Positions 1-8,620 of a DNA stretch of 64,000 nt are shown piece by piece (positions within the stretch are counted from its first letter, which is position 1; the number at the start of each line of letters is the position of its first letter). The notes beneath the pieces are model-generated. The model saw nothing but the letters and a program-made list of their open reading frames with translations, did no database searches and was not told where the DNA came from. Position numbers and translations under genes: made by a program. Source of the stretch: Actinomycetes bacterium (GTDB lineage Bacteria > Actinomycetota > Acidimicrobiia > Acidimicrobiales > RAAP-2); the NCBI GenBank assembly GCA_021828055.1, contig JAKATH010000001.1, forward strand, positions 16,707 to 80,706, given 5' to 3'.

Positions 1-654
1 ATCGCCGTCGTCGCCGGGTTGATCTCGACCTTTCTCTCGGTCATCATCGGCGTGTCTGCGGCGTACCTCGGCGGAGTCCTGGACGGGATCCTCTCGCTCC
101 TCACGGACTCCTTCCTCGTGATCCCGGCATTCCCCCTGGTCGTCGTCATCGCCGCGTACTCGAACGGCGGCGGAACGCCCATCATCATCGCGGTGCTCGT
201 CGTGACCGGATGGTCGTTCGGAGCCCGACAGCTGCGCGCGCAAGGCCTTTCACTGCGGAACCGCGACTTCTTGGCTGCCGCGCAACTCCGAGGTGAGCGC
301 CGTCTCCGGATCATCGTGTTCGAGATGCTTCCCTCGATGACCTCGCTCATCGTCGCGAATTTCCTCGGAGCGGCCGTTTACTCTGTCCTGACTGCAGCCG
401 GTCTGGAATTCATCGGCCTCGGCAACGTCAATACTGAGAGCTGGGGCACCATGCTCTATTGGGCCCAGAACAACCAGGCACTGACAGCCGGGATCCCGCT
501 GTGGGCACTTGCTCCTGGACTTGCGATCGCCTTGCTGGGTGGTGCGTTCGCCCTCTTGAACTACGCCTTCGACGAGGTCAGCAACCCTGCGCTGCGCCAC
601 GTCGTCCTCACGCGGCCCCATCGACATCGGATCGGGAGACAGCGTGCTTCTTGA
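1..654 (+). CDS. ABC transporter permease, peptide/nickel (DppC/OppC-like) family; 5' end outside window
   Basis: Frame open from the window edge to TGA 652-654. Hydrophobic multi-TM sequence with a permease EAA-type loop (AAQLRGERRLRIIVFEMLP). Followed by two ABC ATPase genes. Confidence 0.8.
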   Translation: MAVVAGLISTFLSVIIGVSAAYLGGVLDGILSLLTDSFLVIPAFPLVVVIAAYSNGGGTPIIIAVLVVTGWSFGARQLRAQGLSLRNRDFLAAAQLRGERRLRIIVFEMLPSMTSLIVANFLGAAVYSVLTAAGLEFIGLGNVNTESWGTMLYWAQNNQALTAGIPLWALAPGLAIALLGGAFALLNYAFDEVSNPALRHVVLTRPHRHRIGRQRAS

Positions 655-1612
655 GGTCGACGAGCTATGCATCGAGTACCTCGGCGCGGCGCCTATTCGG
701 GCCGTCGACCAGGTCAGCTTCTCGCTCGAAGAGAACGCGTTCCTCGGTATCGTCGGGGAGTCCGGGTGCGGCAAGTCGACGCTGCTGTTCGGCATCGCAC
801 AGCTGCTCTCGCCTCCAGCAGTCATCCGATCTGGATCGGTTCGGTTCATGCACCAGGACCTCGCAGGACTCGACGAAGCTCGCCTGCGCCCGATGCGCTG
901 GCGCAACTTCTCCGTTGTGATGCAGAGCGCGATGAGCGCGCTCAATCCCGTGAAGACCGTGAGCGCTCAGTACACCGATGTCATGCGTGCACACGGCGAG
1001 CGAGATCGTGCTGCGATCAGAGCCAGATCACAGGAGGTGCTCCGGCTGGTCGGCATCGACCCCGTGCACCTGCACAGCTATCCCCACCAGCTCTCCGGAG
1101 GAATGCGGCAGCGAGTCATGATCGCAATGGCTCTGCTGTTCTCTCCCCAACTGATCCTGATGGACGAGCCAACTTCAGCGCTCGACGTCGTCGCCCAGAG
1201 GTCCCTGATGGTTCAGATCAAGGAGCTGCAGCGGCAACTCGGTTTCGCTGTGATCTTCGTCACTCACGACATGTCGCTCGTCGCCAACTTTTCGGACCGC
1301 TTGGCTGTCATGTACGCGGGGAGGTTCATCGAGCTCGGCGGCACGAGAGCAACGTTCGATCGCCCACTGCATCCCTACACGAGGGGGCTTCTGGATGCTT
1401 TTCCCTCGATCTCGGGACCCAGGAAGCCGTTGATCGGCATCGGCGGCTACCCGCCAGATCTGGCAGATCTGCCTACCGGGTGCCGGTTCCATCCTCGCTG
1501 CCCGGTTCGGATCGAAGGCCTGTGCCAGCTCGTCGAGCCCGAGAGCCATCTCCTCGGCGACTCAGAGGTGCGCTGCCATCTCTACACAGAGGAGCAGTCG
1601 GGTGTCGGATGA
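644..1612 (+). CDS. ABC transporter ATP-binding protein (peptide type, DppD/OppD-like)
   Basis: Walker A GESGCGKS, signature LSGGMRQR, Walker B LILMDEPTSALD, C-terminal CRFHPRCP motif. GTG start overlaps the permease end by 11 nt. Confidence 0.9.
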   Translation: MLLEVDELCIEYLGAAPIRAVDQVSFSLEENAFLGIVGESGCGKSTLLFGIAQLLSPPAVIRSGSVRFMHQDLAGLDEARLRPMRWRNFSVVMQSAMSALNPVKTVSAQYTDVMRAHGERDRAAIRARSQEVLRLVGIDPVHLHSYPHQLSGGMRQRVMIAMALLFSPQLILMDEPTSALDVVAQRSLMVQIKELQRQLGFAVIFVTHDMSLVANFSDRLAVMYAGRFIELGGTRATFDRPLHPYTRGLLDAFPSISGPRKPLIGIGGYPPDLADLPTGCRFHPRCPVRIEGLCQLVEPESHLLGDSEVRCHLYTEEQSGVG

Positions 1613-2660
1613 CGCGCACTCGTCGTCCCAAGGAGGCGACGGCGGCAAGGAGACGCTCCTACGCGTCGCTGGGTTGACGCGGCACTTCCGTGTCGGCGGC
1701 GTGTTCGGAAAGACCTTGCACGCCGTCGATGACGTCGACCTCGACATCGGAGAAGCCGAAATTGTCGCGCTCGTCGGTGAGTCCGGCTCGGGGAAAAGCA
1801 CCGTTGCACGCCTCTTGGCGCGAATGTACCGTCCGACGAAGGGCGCCATCTGGTTCGCGGGCCGCGACATCTCCCGGATCTCCTCCAGGAAGGACCTGTT
1901 GGCGTACCGCGGGCACGTCCCCATGGTGTTCCAGGACCCCTTCAGCTCCCTCAATCCCGTGCACACGATCGGCTACGTCATGCGGAGGGGCCTGCGCCTG
2001 CACAGACCGGAGCTGAGCAGGTCGGCCCAGGAGGCGGCGGCTGTCGAAGCGCTCGAGTCGGTGGGCTTGGTGCCGGGCGGGGCGTCGATGAGCAAGTTCC
2101 CTCACGAGCTCTCCGGAGGGCAGCGCCAGCGGGTGGGGTTCGCACAGGCGATCAGCTGGCGGCCTCGCCTCATCCTCGCGGACGAACCGGTCTCGATGCT
2201 CGACGTGTCGCTCCGGATCGGAGTCTTGAACCTCATGCTCGGGCTGCGCGAGAAGGGGATCTCGCTTCTCTACATCACTCACGACATCGCCTCTGCACGG
2301 TACGTCGCCGATCGCATCGTCGTCATGTACGCAGGTCACCTCGTTGAGATCGGTCCGACCGAAGAGGTGCTGCACGAACCTGTTCACCCGTACACCCGCG
2401 TCCTCCTGTCGGCCGTCCCCGATCCTCGAGCCACGACCGAGATCGCGGCTGCGGACATCGGTGAGCCTCCTCGAGTCGTCGAGCCGGGCGAAGGTTGCCG
2501 ATTCCGATGGCGCTGCCCGCTCGTCGTGGACGTCTGCTCGAAGATCACCCCCCGCCTCGCCGTCACCTCGTCAGGACATGTGGCGGCGTGCCACGTCACC
2601 ACGGGAGCCGAGCCGGCGATCGCCGACGTGGCGCCCGCAGACGACGGTCACGACACGTAG
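1602..2660 (+). CDS. ABC transporter ATP-binding protein (peptide type, DppF/OppF-like)
   Basis: Walker A GESGSGKS, LSGGQRQR, LILADEPVSMLD, CRFRWRCP. GTG start overlaps the previous gene by 11 nt. Confidence 0.9.
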   Translation: MSDDAHSSSQGGDGGKETLLRVAGLTRHFRVGGVFGKTLHAVDDVDLDIGEAEIVALVGESGSGKSTVARLLARMYRPTKGAIWFAGRDISRISSRKDLLAYRGHVPMVFQDPFSSLNPVHTIGYVMRRGLRLHRPELSRSAQEAAAVEALESVGLVPGGASMSKFPHELSGGQRQRVGFAQAISWRPRLILADEPVSMLDVSLRIGVLNLMLGLREKGISLLYITHDIASARYVADRIVVMYAGHLVEIGPTEEVLHEPVHPYTRVLLSAVPDPRATTEIAAADIGEPPRVVEPGEGCRFRWRCPLVVDVCSKITPRLAVTSSGHVAACHVTTGAEPAIADVAPADDGHDT

Positions 2661-3259
2661 CGGCTGCCCGCGACCCAGAACCTCCACTCCGCCTCCGTCG
2701 CCCGGGAGATCCCGACCCGTGGCCCGCGTGCCAGCGCGGCGCCGGTCGGCGGCGCCACGCCGTCGTCGAGGAGGCGGACCGGCGACGACGCCGACAGGAG
2801 GTCCACCCCGTCGTGCTCCTTTGCGATCCCGAGCGCGCTGGTGAGGTTGGCCGGTCCCCGGCACAGGTCGCGCTCGGGCAGCGGGGCGCCCCCGCGGCGG
2901 CGCGCGGCGCGTGCCGCCGCCATCTCGTCGATCCCGGTCACCGGCTCGAGCGCGCGCAGCAGTGCCGCGCCGGCCACACCCTCCTCCCCGCAGACGACGT
3001 TGGCGCACCAGTGCATGCCATAGGAGAAGTACACGTACAGGAGCCCGGCGCGACCGAACATCGTGGCGTTGCGCGCGGTCCGGCCGCGGAAGGCGTGCGA
3101 CGCAGGATCGGTCGCGCCGTGGTACGCCTCGACCTCCACGATGCGGGCGGACCGGTTGCCGTGGACCACCAGCTTGCCCAAGAGCCGCGGCGCCACCTCG
3201 AGCGGGTCTGCGGCGAGCATCTCGCGCACCACTGGCGACGCCTCGCCTGCCCGTCGCAA
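2648..3259 (-). CDS. mpg: DNA-3-methyladenine glycosylase (AAG/MPG family)
   Basis: IVEVEAYHG..DPASHAFRGRTARN..MFG..GLLYVYFSYGMHWCANVV. The TTG start is uncertain (GTG/ATG 30-40 nt downstream are possible). The 3' end overlaps the convergent ABC gene by 13 nt. Confidence 0.8.
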   Translation of the reverse strand: MRRAGEASPVVREMLAADPLEVAPRLLGKLVVHGNRSARIVEVEAYHGATDPASHAFRGRTARNATMFGRAGLLYVYFSYGMHWCANVVCGEEGVAGAALLRALEPVTGIDEMAAARAARRRGGAPLPERDLCRGPANLTSALGIAKEHDGVDLLSASSPVRLLDDGVAPPTGAALARGPRVGISRATEAEWRFWVAGSRYVS

Positions 3260-3261
3260 GG

Positions 3262-4734
3262 TCAGCCGCTGGACGCCGCGCCGGCGGGTCCCGCCGGCGC
3301 CGCGGGCGCCGCCGGCGCCGCGTCCGCCACGGGCGCCGCGCGCAGCGTCTGCACGCGGATCGCGAGCCGGGAGCGGTCCACGTCGAGCCTCCGCACGAAC
3401 CGCTCCACCTGCTCGGTGAGGGGCACAGGGCCTGCCCCGCCCGGCGTCGTCCGCCGGACCACCGGCACGCCGGGCTCGAGCAGCTGCGCCCCGGCGTCAC
3501 CGAGGTCCGGGTGCGCCTGGACGAGCTCGACGAGCGGAACGTGACGTGCGGTCGACTCGCGCACGAGGCCGGCGACGAGCGCGTGGGCCTGGCGGAACGG
3601 CGTGCCGCGCGCGACGAGGAGCTCTGCGAGGTCGACGGCGGCCGACGTCGGACCGTCGGCCGCCGCCTGCATCCTCTCCTGGTGCCACTCGACCGTCGCG
3701 TAGAGGCCCGCCAGCGCGCGGAGCGTCGCGCGCACCTGCGCAACCGCGTCGAACAGCGGCTCCTTGTCCTCCTGGAGGTCGCGGTTGTACGCGAGCGGGA
3801 GGCCCTTCAAGGTCGTCAGCATCCCGGTGAGATGGCCGACCAGCCTGCCGGCCTTCCCTCGGGCGAGCTCCGCCACGTCGGGGTTCTTCTTCTGGGGCAG
3901 CATCGAGCTGCCGGTCGCGTACTGGTCCGCGAGCGTGCAGAACCCCCACTCCTCGCTCGACCAGAGCACGATCTCCTCGCCCATCCGGGAGAGATGGACT
4001 CCGAGCAGCGCGAGGTCGAACAGGGCCTCCGCCACGAAGTCGCGGTCGCTCACCGCGTCGAGCGAGTTGTCGAAGCGCGAGGCGAAGCCGAGCTGCTCGG
4101 CGACGAAGTCCGGGTCGAGCGGGAGCGAGGAGCCCGCGAGGGCGCCCGCGCCGAGCGGTGACACGTCGAGGCGCTCGACGGTCGAGACGAGCCGGTCGAC
4201 GTCTCGTGCGAGCGCCCACCCGTGAGCGAGCAGGTGGTGCGCGAGCAGCACCGGCTGCGCCCGCTGAAGGTGGGTGTAGCCCGGGAGATAGGCGTCCCCC
4301 GCCTCCGTGGCGCGTCGCAACAGCACCTCTTGGAGCGCGACGACCACTCCTGCGACGTCCAGCAGCGAGCGGCGCGACCACAGCCGGAGGTCGGTCGCCA
4401 CCTGGTCGTTGCGGCTGCGGCCCGTGTGCAGCTTGGCGCCAAGGTCGCCGCAGAGCTCGATGCACCGCCGCTCGACCGCGGTGTGGATGTCTTCGTCTGT
4501 GGGCGCGAACGCGAAGACCCCTGCGGCGAACTCACCGGCGATCTGCGCGAGCGCGTCGATCAGCGACGAGGCCTCCTCGTCGGTGAGGATCCCCGCCTTC
4601 ACCAGCCCCCGCACGTGCGCCTTCGACCCTGCGATGTCGTCGACCGCCAGCTCCTTGTCGAACGACACGCTCACCGAGAGCTCGGCGACCTCGTCGGCCA
4701 TGCCCTCGGCGAACCGGCCCTGCCAGAGGGTCAC
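3262..4734 (-). CDS. argH: argininosuccinate lyase
   Basis: MTLWQGRF N-terminus, fumarate-lyase signature GSSMLPQKKNPD. ATG overlaps the argG stop (ATGA). Ala/Pro-rich repetitive C-terminal tail. Confidence 0.95.
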   Translation of the reverse strand: MTLWQGRFAEGMADEVAELSVSVSFDKELAVDDIAGSKAHVRGLVKAGILTDEEASSLIDALAQIAGEFAAGVFAFAPTDEDIHTAVERRCIELCGDLGAKLHTGRSRNDQVATDLRLWSRRSLLDVAGVVVALQEVLLRRATEAGDAYLPGYTHLQRAQPVLLAHHLLAHGWALARDVDRLVSTVERLDVSPLGAGALAGSSLPLDPDFVAEQLGFASRFDNSLDAVSDRDFVAEALFDLALLGVHLSRMGEEIVLWSSEEWGFCTLADQYATGSSMLPQKKNPDVAELARGKAGRLVGHLTGMLTTLKGLPLAYNRDLQEDKEPLFDAVAQVRATLRALAGLYATVEWHQERMQAAADGPTSAAVDLAELLVARGTPFRQAHALVAGLVRESTARHVPLVELVQAHPDLGDAGAQLLEPGVPVVRRTTPGGAGPVPLTEQVERFVRRLDVDRSRLAIRVQTLRAAPVADAAPAAPAAPAGPAGAASSG

Positions 4735-5948
4735 GACTCCGCGCGCCCCTCACCCTGGCGCGCCGCCCACGTCGCGATGCCGAGGCCCCACAGCCGGACG
4801 AACCCCTCTGCGTCCTCGTGGTGGAAGGCGTCCCCGCTGTCGTAGGTGGCGAGGCTCCGGTCGTAGAGCGCGACCGGGCTCCGCCGGCCGACCACGAAGC
4901 CCGCGCCCGGCGGCGAGAACCGCAGCTTGACCTCGCCGGTCACGTGCCGCTGGGACTCCGTCATGAAGGCGTCCAGCGCCTGCTTGAGCGGCGAGTACCA
5001 CATCCCGTCGTAGACGAGCTCCGCCCACCGCGGCTCGAGGCGCGCCTTCTCGTGCTGGAGGTCGCGCTCCAAGGTGAGGTCCTCCAGGTCCGCATGGGCC
5101 ATCAGCAGGGCGAGCGCGCCCGGGGCCTCGTAGATCTCTCGGCTCTTGATCCCGACGCGGCGGTTCTCGACCATGTTGAGCCGGCCGAAACCGGTCGAGC
5201 CCGCGAGACGCCCCAGCGCGACGACGAGGTCGTCGCCGGCCAGTCGCTCCCCGTCCAGCGAGACCGGCACGCCCTGCTCGAAGCCGACGACGACCTCGAC
5301 CGGCGAGCTCGCCGTGATCCTCGTCATCGTGAAGATGTCCTCGGGAGGGTCCACCCACGGGTCTTCGAGCACGCCGCACTCGATCGACTTGCCCCAGAGG
5401 TTCTCGTCGATCGAGTACACCTTCTCCTTGGTCACGGTGATGGGGATGTCCCATTTCGCCGCGTACTCGACCGATTGCTCACGGGTGAGGCCCCACACGC
5501 GTGCGGGCGCGATCACGTCGAGGTCGGGGGCAAGGGCACGGGTCGCGACCTCGAAGCGGACCTGGTCGTTGCCCTTCCCGGTGCAGCCGTGCGCGACCGC
5601 GTGGGCACCGTGGTCGCGAGCGGCGCGCACCAGGTGGCGAACGATGACGGGGCGGGAGAGCGCGGAGACGAGGGGGTACTTGCCTTCGTAACGGGCGTTC
5701 GCGCGCACGGCGGCGAAGCAGAACTCCTCGGCCATCTCCTGGCGGGCGTCGACCACGATCGCTTCGGCAGCGCCGGCTGCGAGCGCGCGCTGGCGAATCG
5801 CCTCCCAGCTGTCCGAGGTCGCGTCGGCCTCCTGGCCGACGTCGACCGCGACCGCGATGACCTCGGCGTCACGGTTCTCGATGAGCCACCTCACCGCGAT
5901 CGAGGTGTCGAGACCCCCGCTGTACGCAAGCACGACTCGCCGCATCAT
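4731..5948 (-). CDS. argG: argininosuccinate synthase
   Basis: MMRRVVLAYSGGLDTS P-loop N-terminus. Start set at ATG 5948, preceded by GAGGAGG and in ATGA overlap with the argR stop. The Arg-rich upstream extension of the track ORF is rejected. Confidence 0.93.
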   Translation of the reverse strand: MMRRVVLAYSGGLDTSIAVRWLIENRDAEVIAVAVDVGQEADATSDSWEAIRQRALAAGAAEAIVVDARQEMAEEFCFAAVRANARYEGKYPLVSALSRPVIVRHLVRAARDHGAHAVAHGCTGKGNDQVRFEVATRALAPDLDVIAPARVWGLTREQSVEYAAKWDIPITVTKEKVYSIDENLWGKSIECGVLEDPWVDPPEDIFTMTRITASSPVEVVVGFEQGVPVSLDGERLAGDDLVVALGRLAGSTGFGRLNMVENRRVGIKSREIYEAPGALALLMAHADLEDLTLERDLQHEKARLEPRWAELVYDGMWYSPLKQALDAFMTESQRHVTGEVKLRFSPPGAGFVVGRRSPVALYDRSLATYDSGDAFHHEDAEGFVRLWGLGIATWAARQGEGRAES

Positions 5949-6496
5949 TCCTCCTCGTCTGCGCCGGTGCCCTCGTCTGCGCCGGTGCCCTCGTCTGCGC
6001 CGGTGCCCTCCCGACCGTTCGGCCCAAGGTCGAGCCCTGCGAAAGCTGCGAGGCGCTCCGCGACGTCGCGGGCACGGTGGCTCTCGGCGACCACCACGAG
6101 CAGGGTGTCGTCGCCTGCAACGGTCCCGACGACGCCGTCGAGCCCGCTCCGATCCACAGCCGATGCTACGACATGCGCGCAGCCCGGCGGCGTGCGCAGC
6201 ACGACCAGGTTCTGCGACGTCGCGAGGTCCACCGCCCACTCCCCGAGCACCCGCCGCAGGTGGTCCATCGGGGCCACCTGCTGGGTCGGCAGATCAGGAA
6301 GGGCGTACGCGGTCTCCCCACCGGGCAGGCGGACCTTCTGGGCGCCCAGCTCCTCCAGGTCCCGCGACACCGTCGTCTGGGTCGCCTCGACGCCCTCGGC
6401 AGCCAGCAGCTCGACGAGGATCTGCTGGCTCCCCACCGCCTGGTGCTCCAAGAGGCGCGCGATCCGGTGCTGGCGCTGGTTCTTGCCGAGCTTCAC
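5945..6496 (-). CDS. argR: arginine repressor
   Basis: Winged-helix N-domain (QTTVSRDLEELG) and C-domain GTVAGDDTLLVV. GTG 6496 is in GTGA overlap with the argD stop. C-terminal EGTGAD x3 repeat. Confidence 0.9.
   Translation of the reverse strand: MKLGKNQRQHRIARLLEHQAVGSQQILVELLAAEGVEATQTTVSRDLEELGAQKVRLPGGETAYALPDLPTQQVAPMDHLRRVLGEWAVDLATSQNLVVLRTPPGCAHVVASAVDRSGLDGVVGTVAGDDTLLVVVAESHRARDVAERLAAFAGLDLGPNGREGTGADEGTGADEGTGADEEE
5954..6007. repeat. perfect tandem repeat, 18 bp x3
   Basis: CTCGTCTGCGCCGGTGCC x3. Encodes EGTGAD x3 at the argR C-terminus and ends 6 nt before the argG start codon. Confidence 0.95.
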
Positions 6497-7722
6497 GGGC
6501 CGACCTCCCCCGGCGCGGCGGCCCCCGAGCCGCCGACCTCGTCCAGCGCGGCGGCCCCCGAGCCGCCGACCTCGTCCAGCGCGCCGTCCAGGAGGCCGAG
6601 CGCCTCGTCGAGCTCGACGTCCTCCACGAGCAGCGAGGGCGCGAGGCGCAGCGTGTCCGTGCGGACAGCGTTCACGAGGAGCCCGCGAGCGAGCGCGGCA
6701 GCCGCGACCTCGGCCGCGCTCGGCGAGGAGAGCTGCGCTGCGAGGAGCAGCCCCGCGCCTCGCACCTCGGTCACGCCGGGAACCCGCCGGAGCCCGGCGG
6801 CGAGCCGTGCGCCTGCCCGGCGGGCCCTGGTGCAGACGTCCTCGCGCTCCATCACCTCGAGCGTCGAGCGAGCCGCGGACATCGCCAGCGGCTGGCCCCC
6901 GAAGGTCGTCGCATGGTCGCCCGGCCCGAAGGCGGCCGCCACCTCGGCGCTCGCCCAGCAGGCCCCCACCGGGACGCCGTTGCCGAGCGCCTTCGCCATC
7001 GTGACCACGTCGGGGCGGAGGTGCTGCGCCTGGAAGGCGAACCAGCGCCCGGTCCGGCCCAGTCCCGTCTGGACCTCGTCGCACATGAGCAGCACCCCGC
7101 GCTCGGTGCACAGCCGTCGCAGTCCCGCCAGGTAGTCCGAAGACGGGACGACGACGCCGCCCTCTCCCTGGATCGGCTCGACCAGCACCGCGCCGACCCG
7201 GGCCGGGTCGAGCGCGGCGGCCATCGCGTCGAGGTCGTCGTAGGGCACGTGGAGGAAGCCCTCGGGCAGCGGCTCGAAGGGGACGTGCTTTGCCGGCTGG
7301 CCCGTCGCCGTCAAGGTGGCGAGGGTCCGGCCGTGGAAGGAGCCCCACGTCGACACCACGACGTGGCGGCCGCGCCCTGCCCAACGGCGCGCGAGCTTCA
7401 AGGCGCACTCGTTCGCCTCGGCTCCCGAATTGCAGAAGAAGACCTGGCCGCCCGCAGGATCGTCCCCGCCTCCGACGAGCCGGTCGATGGTCTCAGCCAC
7501 CTGGGGCGCGAGCACGTTGCCGTAGAGGTTGGACACGTGCAGGAGCGTCGCAGCCTGGTCCGACAGCGCGCGGGCCACGTCGGGGTGGGCATGCCCGAGC
7601 GACGTCACCGCGAGCCCCGAGACGAAGTCGAGGTACCGCCGCCCCTCGGTGTCGAAGAGCACGCTCCCCTCGCCCCGCACGAAGACCACCGGGACGGGCG
7701 CGTACGTGTCCATCAGCGACAC
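6493..7722 (-). CDS. argD: acetylornithine aminotransferase
   Basis: Class-III aminotransferase motifs FCNSGAEANE and DEVQTGLGRTG. GTG 7722 has GGTGGAGG 7 nt upstream (alternative starts 7779 and 7713). C-terminal LDEVGGSGAAA x2. Confidence 0.9.
   Translation of the reverse strand: MSLMDTYAPVPVVFVRGEGSVLFDTEGRRYLDFVSGLAVTSLGHAHPDVARALSDQAATLLHVSNLYGNVLAPQVAETIDRLVGGGDDPAGGQVFFCNSGAEANECALKLARRWAGRGRHVVVSTWGSFHGRTLATLTATGQPAKHVPFEPLPEGFLHVPYDDLDAMAAALDPARVGAVLVEPIQGEGGVVVPSSDYLAGLRRLCTERGVLLMCDEVQTGLGRTGRWFAFQAQHLRPDVVTMAKALGNGVPVGACWASAEVAAAFGPGDHATTFGGQPLAMSAARSTLEVMEREDVCTRARRAGARLAAGLRRVPGVTEVRGAGLLLAAQLSSPSAAEVAAAALARGLLVNAVRTDTLRLAPSLLVEDVELDEALGLLDGALDEVGGSGAAALDEVGGSGAAAPGEVGP
6515..6580. 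repeat. perfect tandem repeat, 33 bp x2
   Basis: GCGGCGGCCCCCGAGCCGCCGACCTCGTCCAGC x2. Encodes LDEVGGSGAAA x2 at the argD C-terminus. Confidence 0.95.
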
Positions 7723-7753
7723 GAGCGGACCTCCACCGGTCGCCCCGACCGGG

Positions 7754-8620
7754 TCACGGGACCACCATCGTGCCGGCACCCCCGTCGGTGAACAGCTCGA
7801 GCAGCAGGACGTGCGGCACCCGCCCGTCGAGCACGTGCGCCCGGCGCACCCCCGCCTGCACCGCCCGCACGCACGCCTCGGCCTTCGGCGCCATCCCGCC
7901 CGCCGCCGCCCCCGACTCGATCAACTGCGAGAGCTGGCCGGCCGTCAGCCGCCGCACGAGCGTGCCCGGGTCCGAGACGTCGGAGCGCAAACCCTCCACG
8001 TCGGTGAGGAACACGAGCTTCTCCGCGCCGAGCGACTCCGCGAGCGCGCCGGCCACCGTGTCCGCGTTGATGTTGTACGCCTGCCCGCTCTGGTCCGCGC
8101 CGATCGTCGCGACCACGGGGATCAGCCCCTCGGCGAGCAGGCGCCGCAGGATGGTCGGGTCGACGCCGATGACCGTCCCCACGAAGCCGAGCCCGCTGGA
8201 GTGGGCGGTGGCCGTGATCAGCTTGGCGTCCTCCCCCGAGAGCCCCACTGCGAGCGGTCCGTGCACGTTGATCGCAGAGACGATGTCGCGGTTGACCTTG
8301 CCGACGAGGACCATCCGCGCGATGTCGAGCGTGTCGGCGTCGGTGACGCGCAACCCGTCGCGGAACTCCGGTTCCTTGCCCAGCCGCCGCAGCAGCTCGC
8401 CGATCTGCGGCCCGCCCCCGTGGACGACGACGGGCTTGATCCCGACGGAGTGGAGGAGCACGACGTCCTGGGCGAACGACGCGAGAGGCGACGCCTCCGA
8501 GCCGGCGAGGGCGCTCCCGCCGTACTTCACGACGACCACCGCGTCCCGGAAGCGCCTGATGTAGGGAAGCGCCTCCACGAGCACCCCGGCCCGCGCTCCG
8601 TCCAGCCCGCCGCCGGTCAC
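7754..8620 (-). CDS. argB: acetylglutamate kinase
   Basis: VVVKYGGSA, HGGGPQI and NINADT motifs. GTG 8620 is in GTGA overlap with the argJ stop. Confidence 0.93.
   Translation of the reverse strand: MTGGGLDGARAGVLVEALPYIRRFRDAVVVVKYGGSALAGSEASPLASFAQDVVLLHSVGIKPVVVHGGGPQIGELLRRLGKEPEFRDGLRVTDADTLDIARMVLVGKVNRDIVSAINVHGPLAVGLSGEDAKLITATAHSSGLGFVGTVIGVDPTILRRLLAEGLIPVVATIGADQSGQAYNINADTVAGALAESLGAEKLVFLTDVEGLRSDVSDPGTLVRRLTAGQLSQLIESGAAAGGMAPKAEACVRAVQAGVRRAHVLDGRVPHVLLLELFTDGGAGTMVVP

Noticed and set aside
2571-3743. Long Arg/Pro/Gly-rich ORFs on the opposite strand or in shifted frames of real genes, for example 2571-3743(-), 10241-13585(+), 31290-34634(+), 50871-53846(+) and 8617-10830 upstream of argJ
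   Set aside because: These are typical shadow ORFs of 72% GC DNA. They have no recognisable motifs and extreme R/P/G/A composition. Each overlaps a gene with clear family motifs in another frame.
4731-6239. N-terminal extensions of track ORFs, for example argG from 6239, pheS from 14994, carB from 35402, ribBA from 21439 and the SDR from 56081
   Set aside because: The extensions are Arg-rich, run through the preceding gene and are not part of the conserved protein. Internal starts with SD sequences or 4-nt stop/start overlaps fit better.
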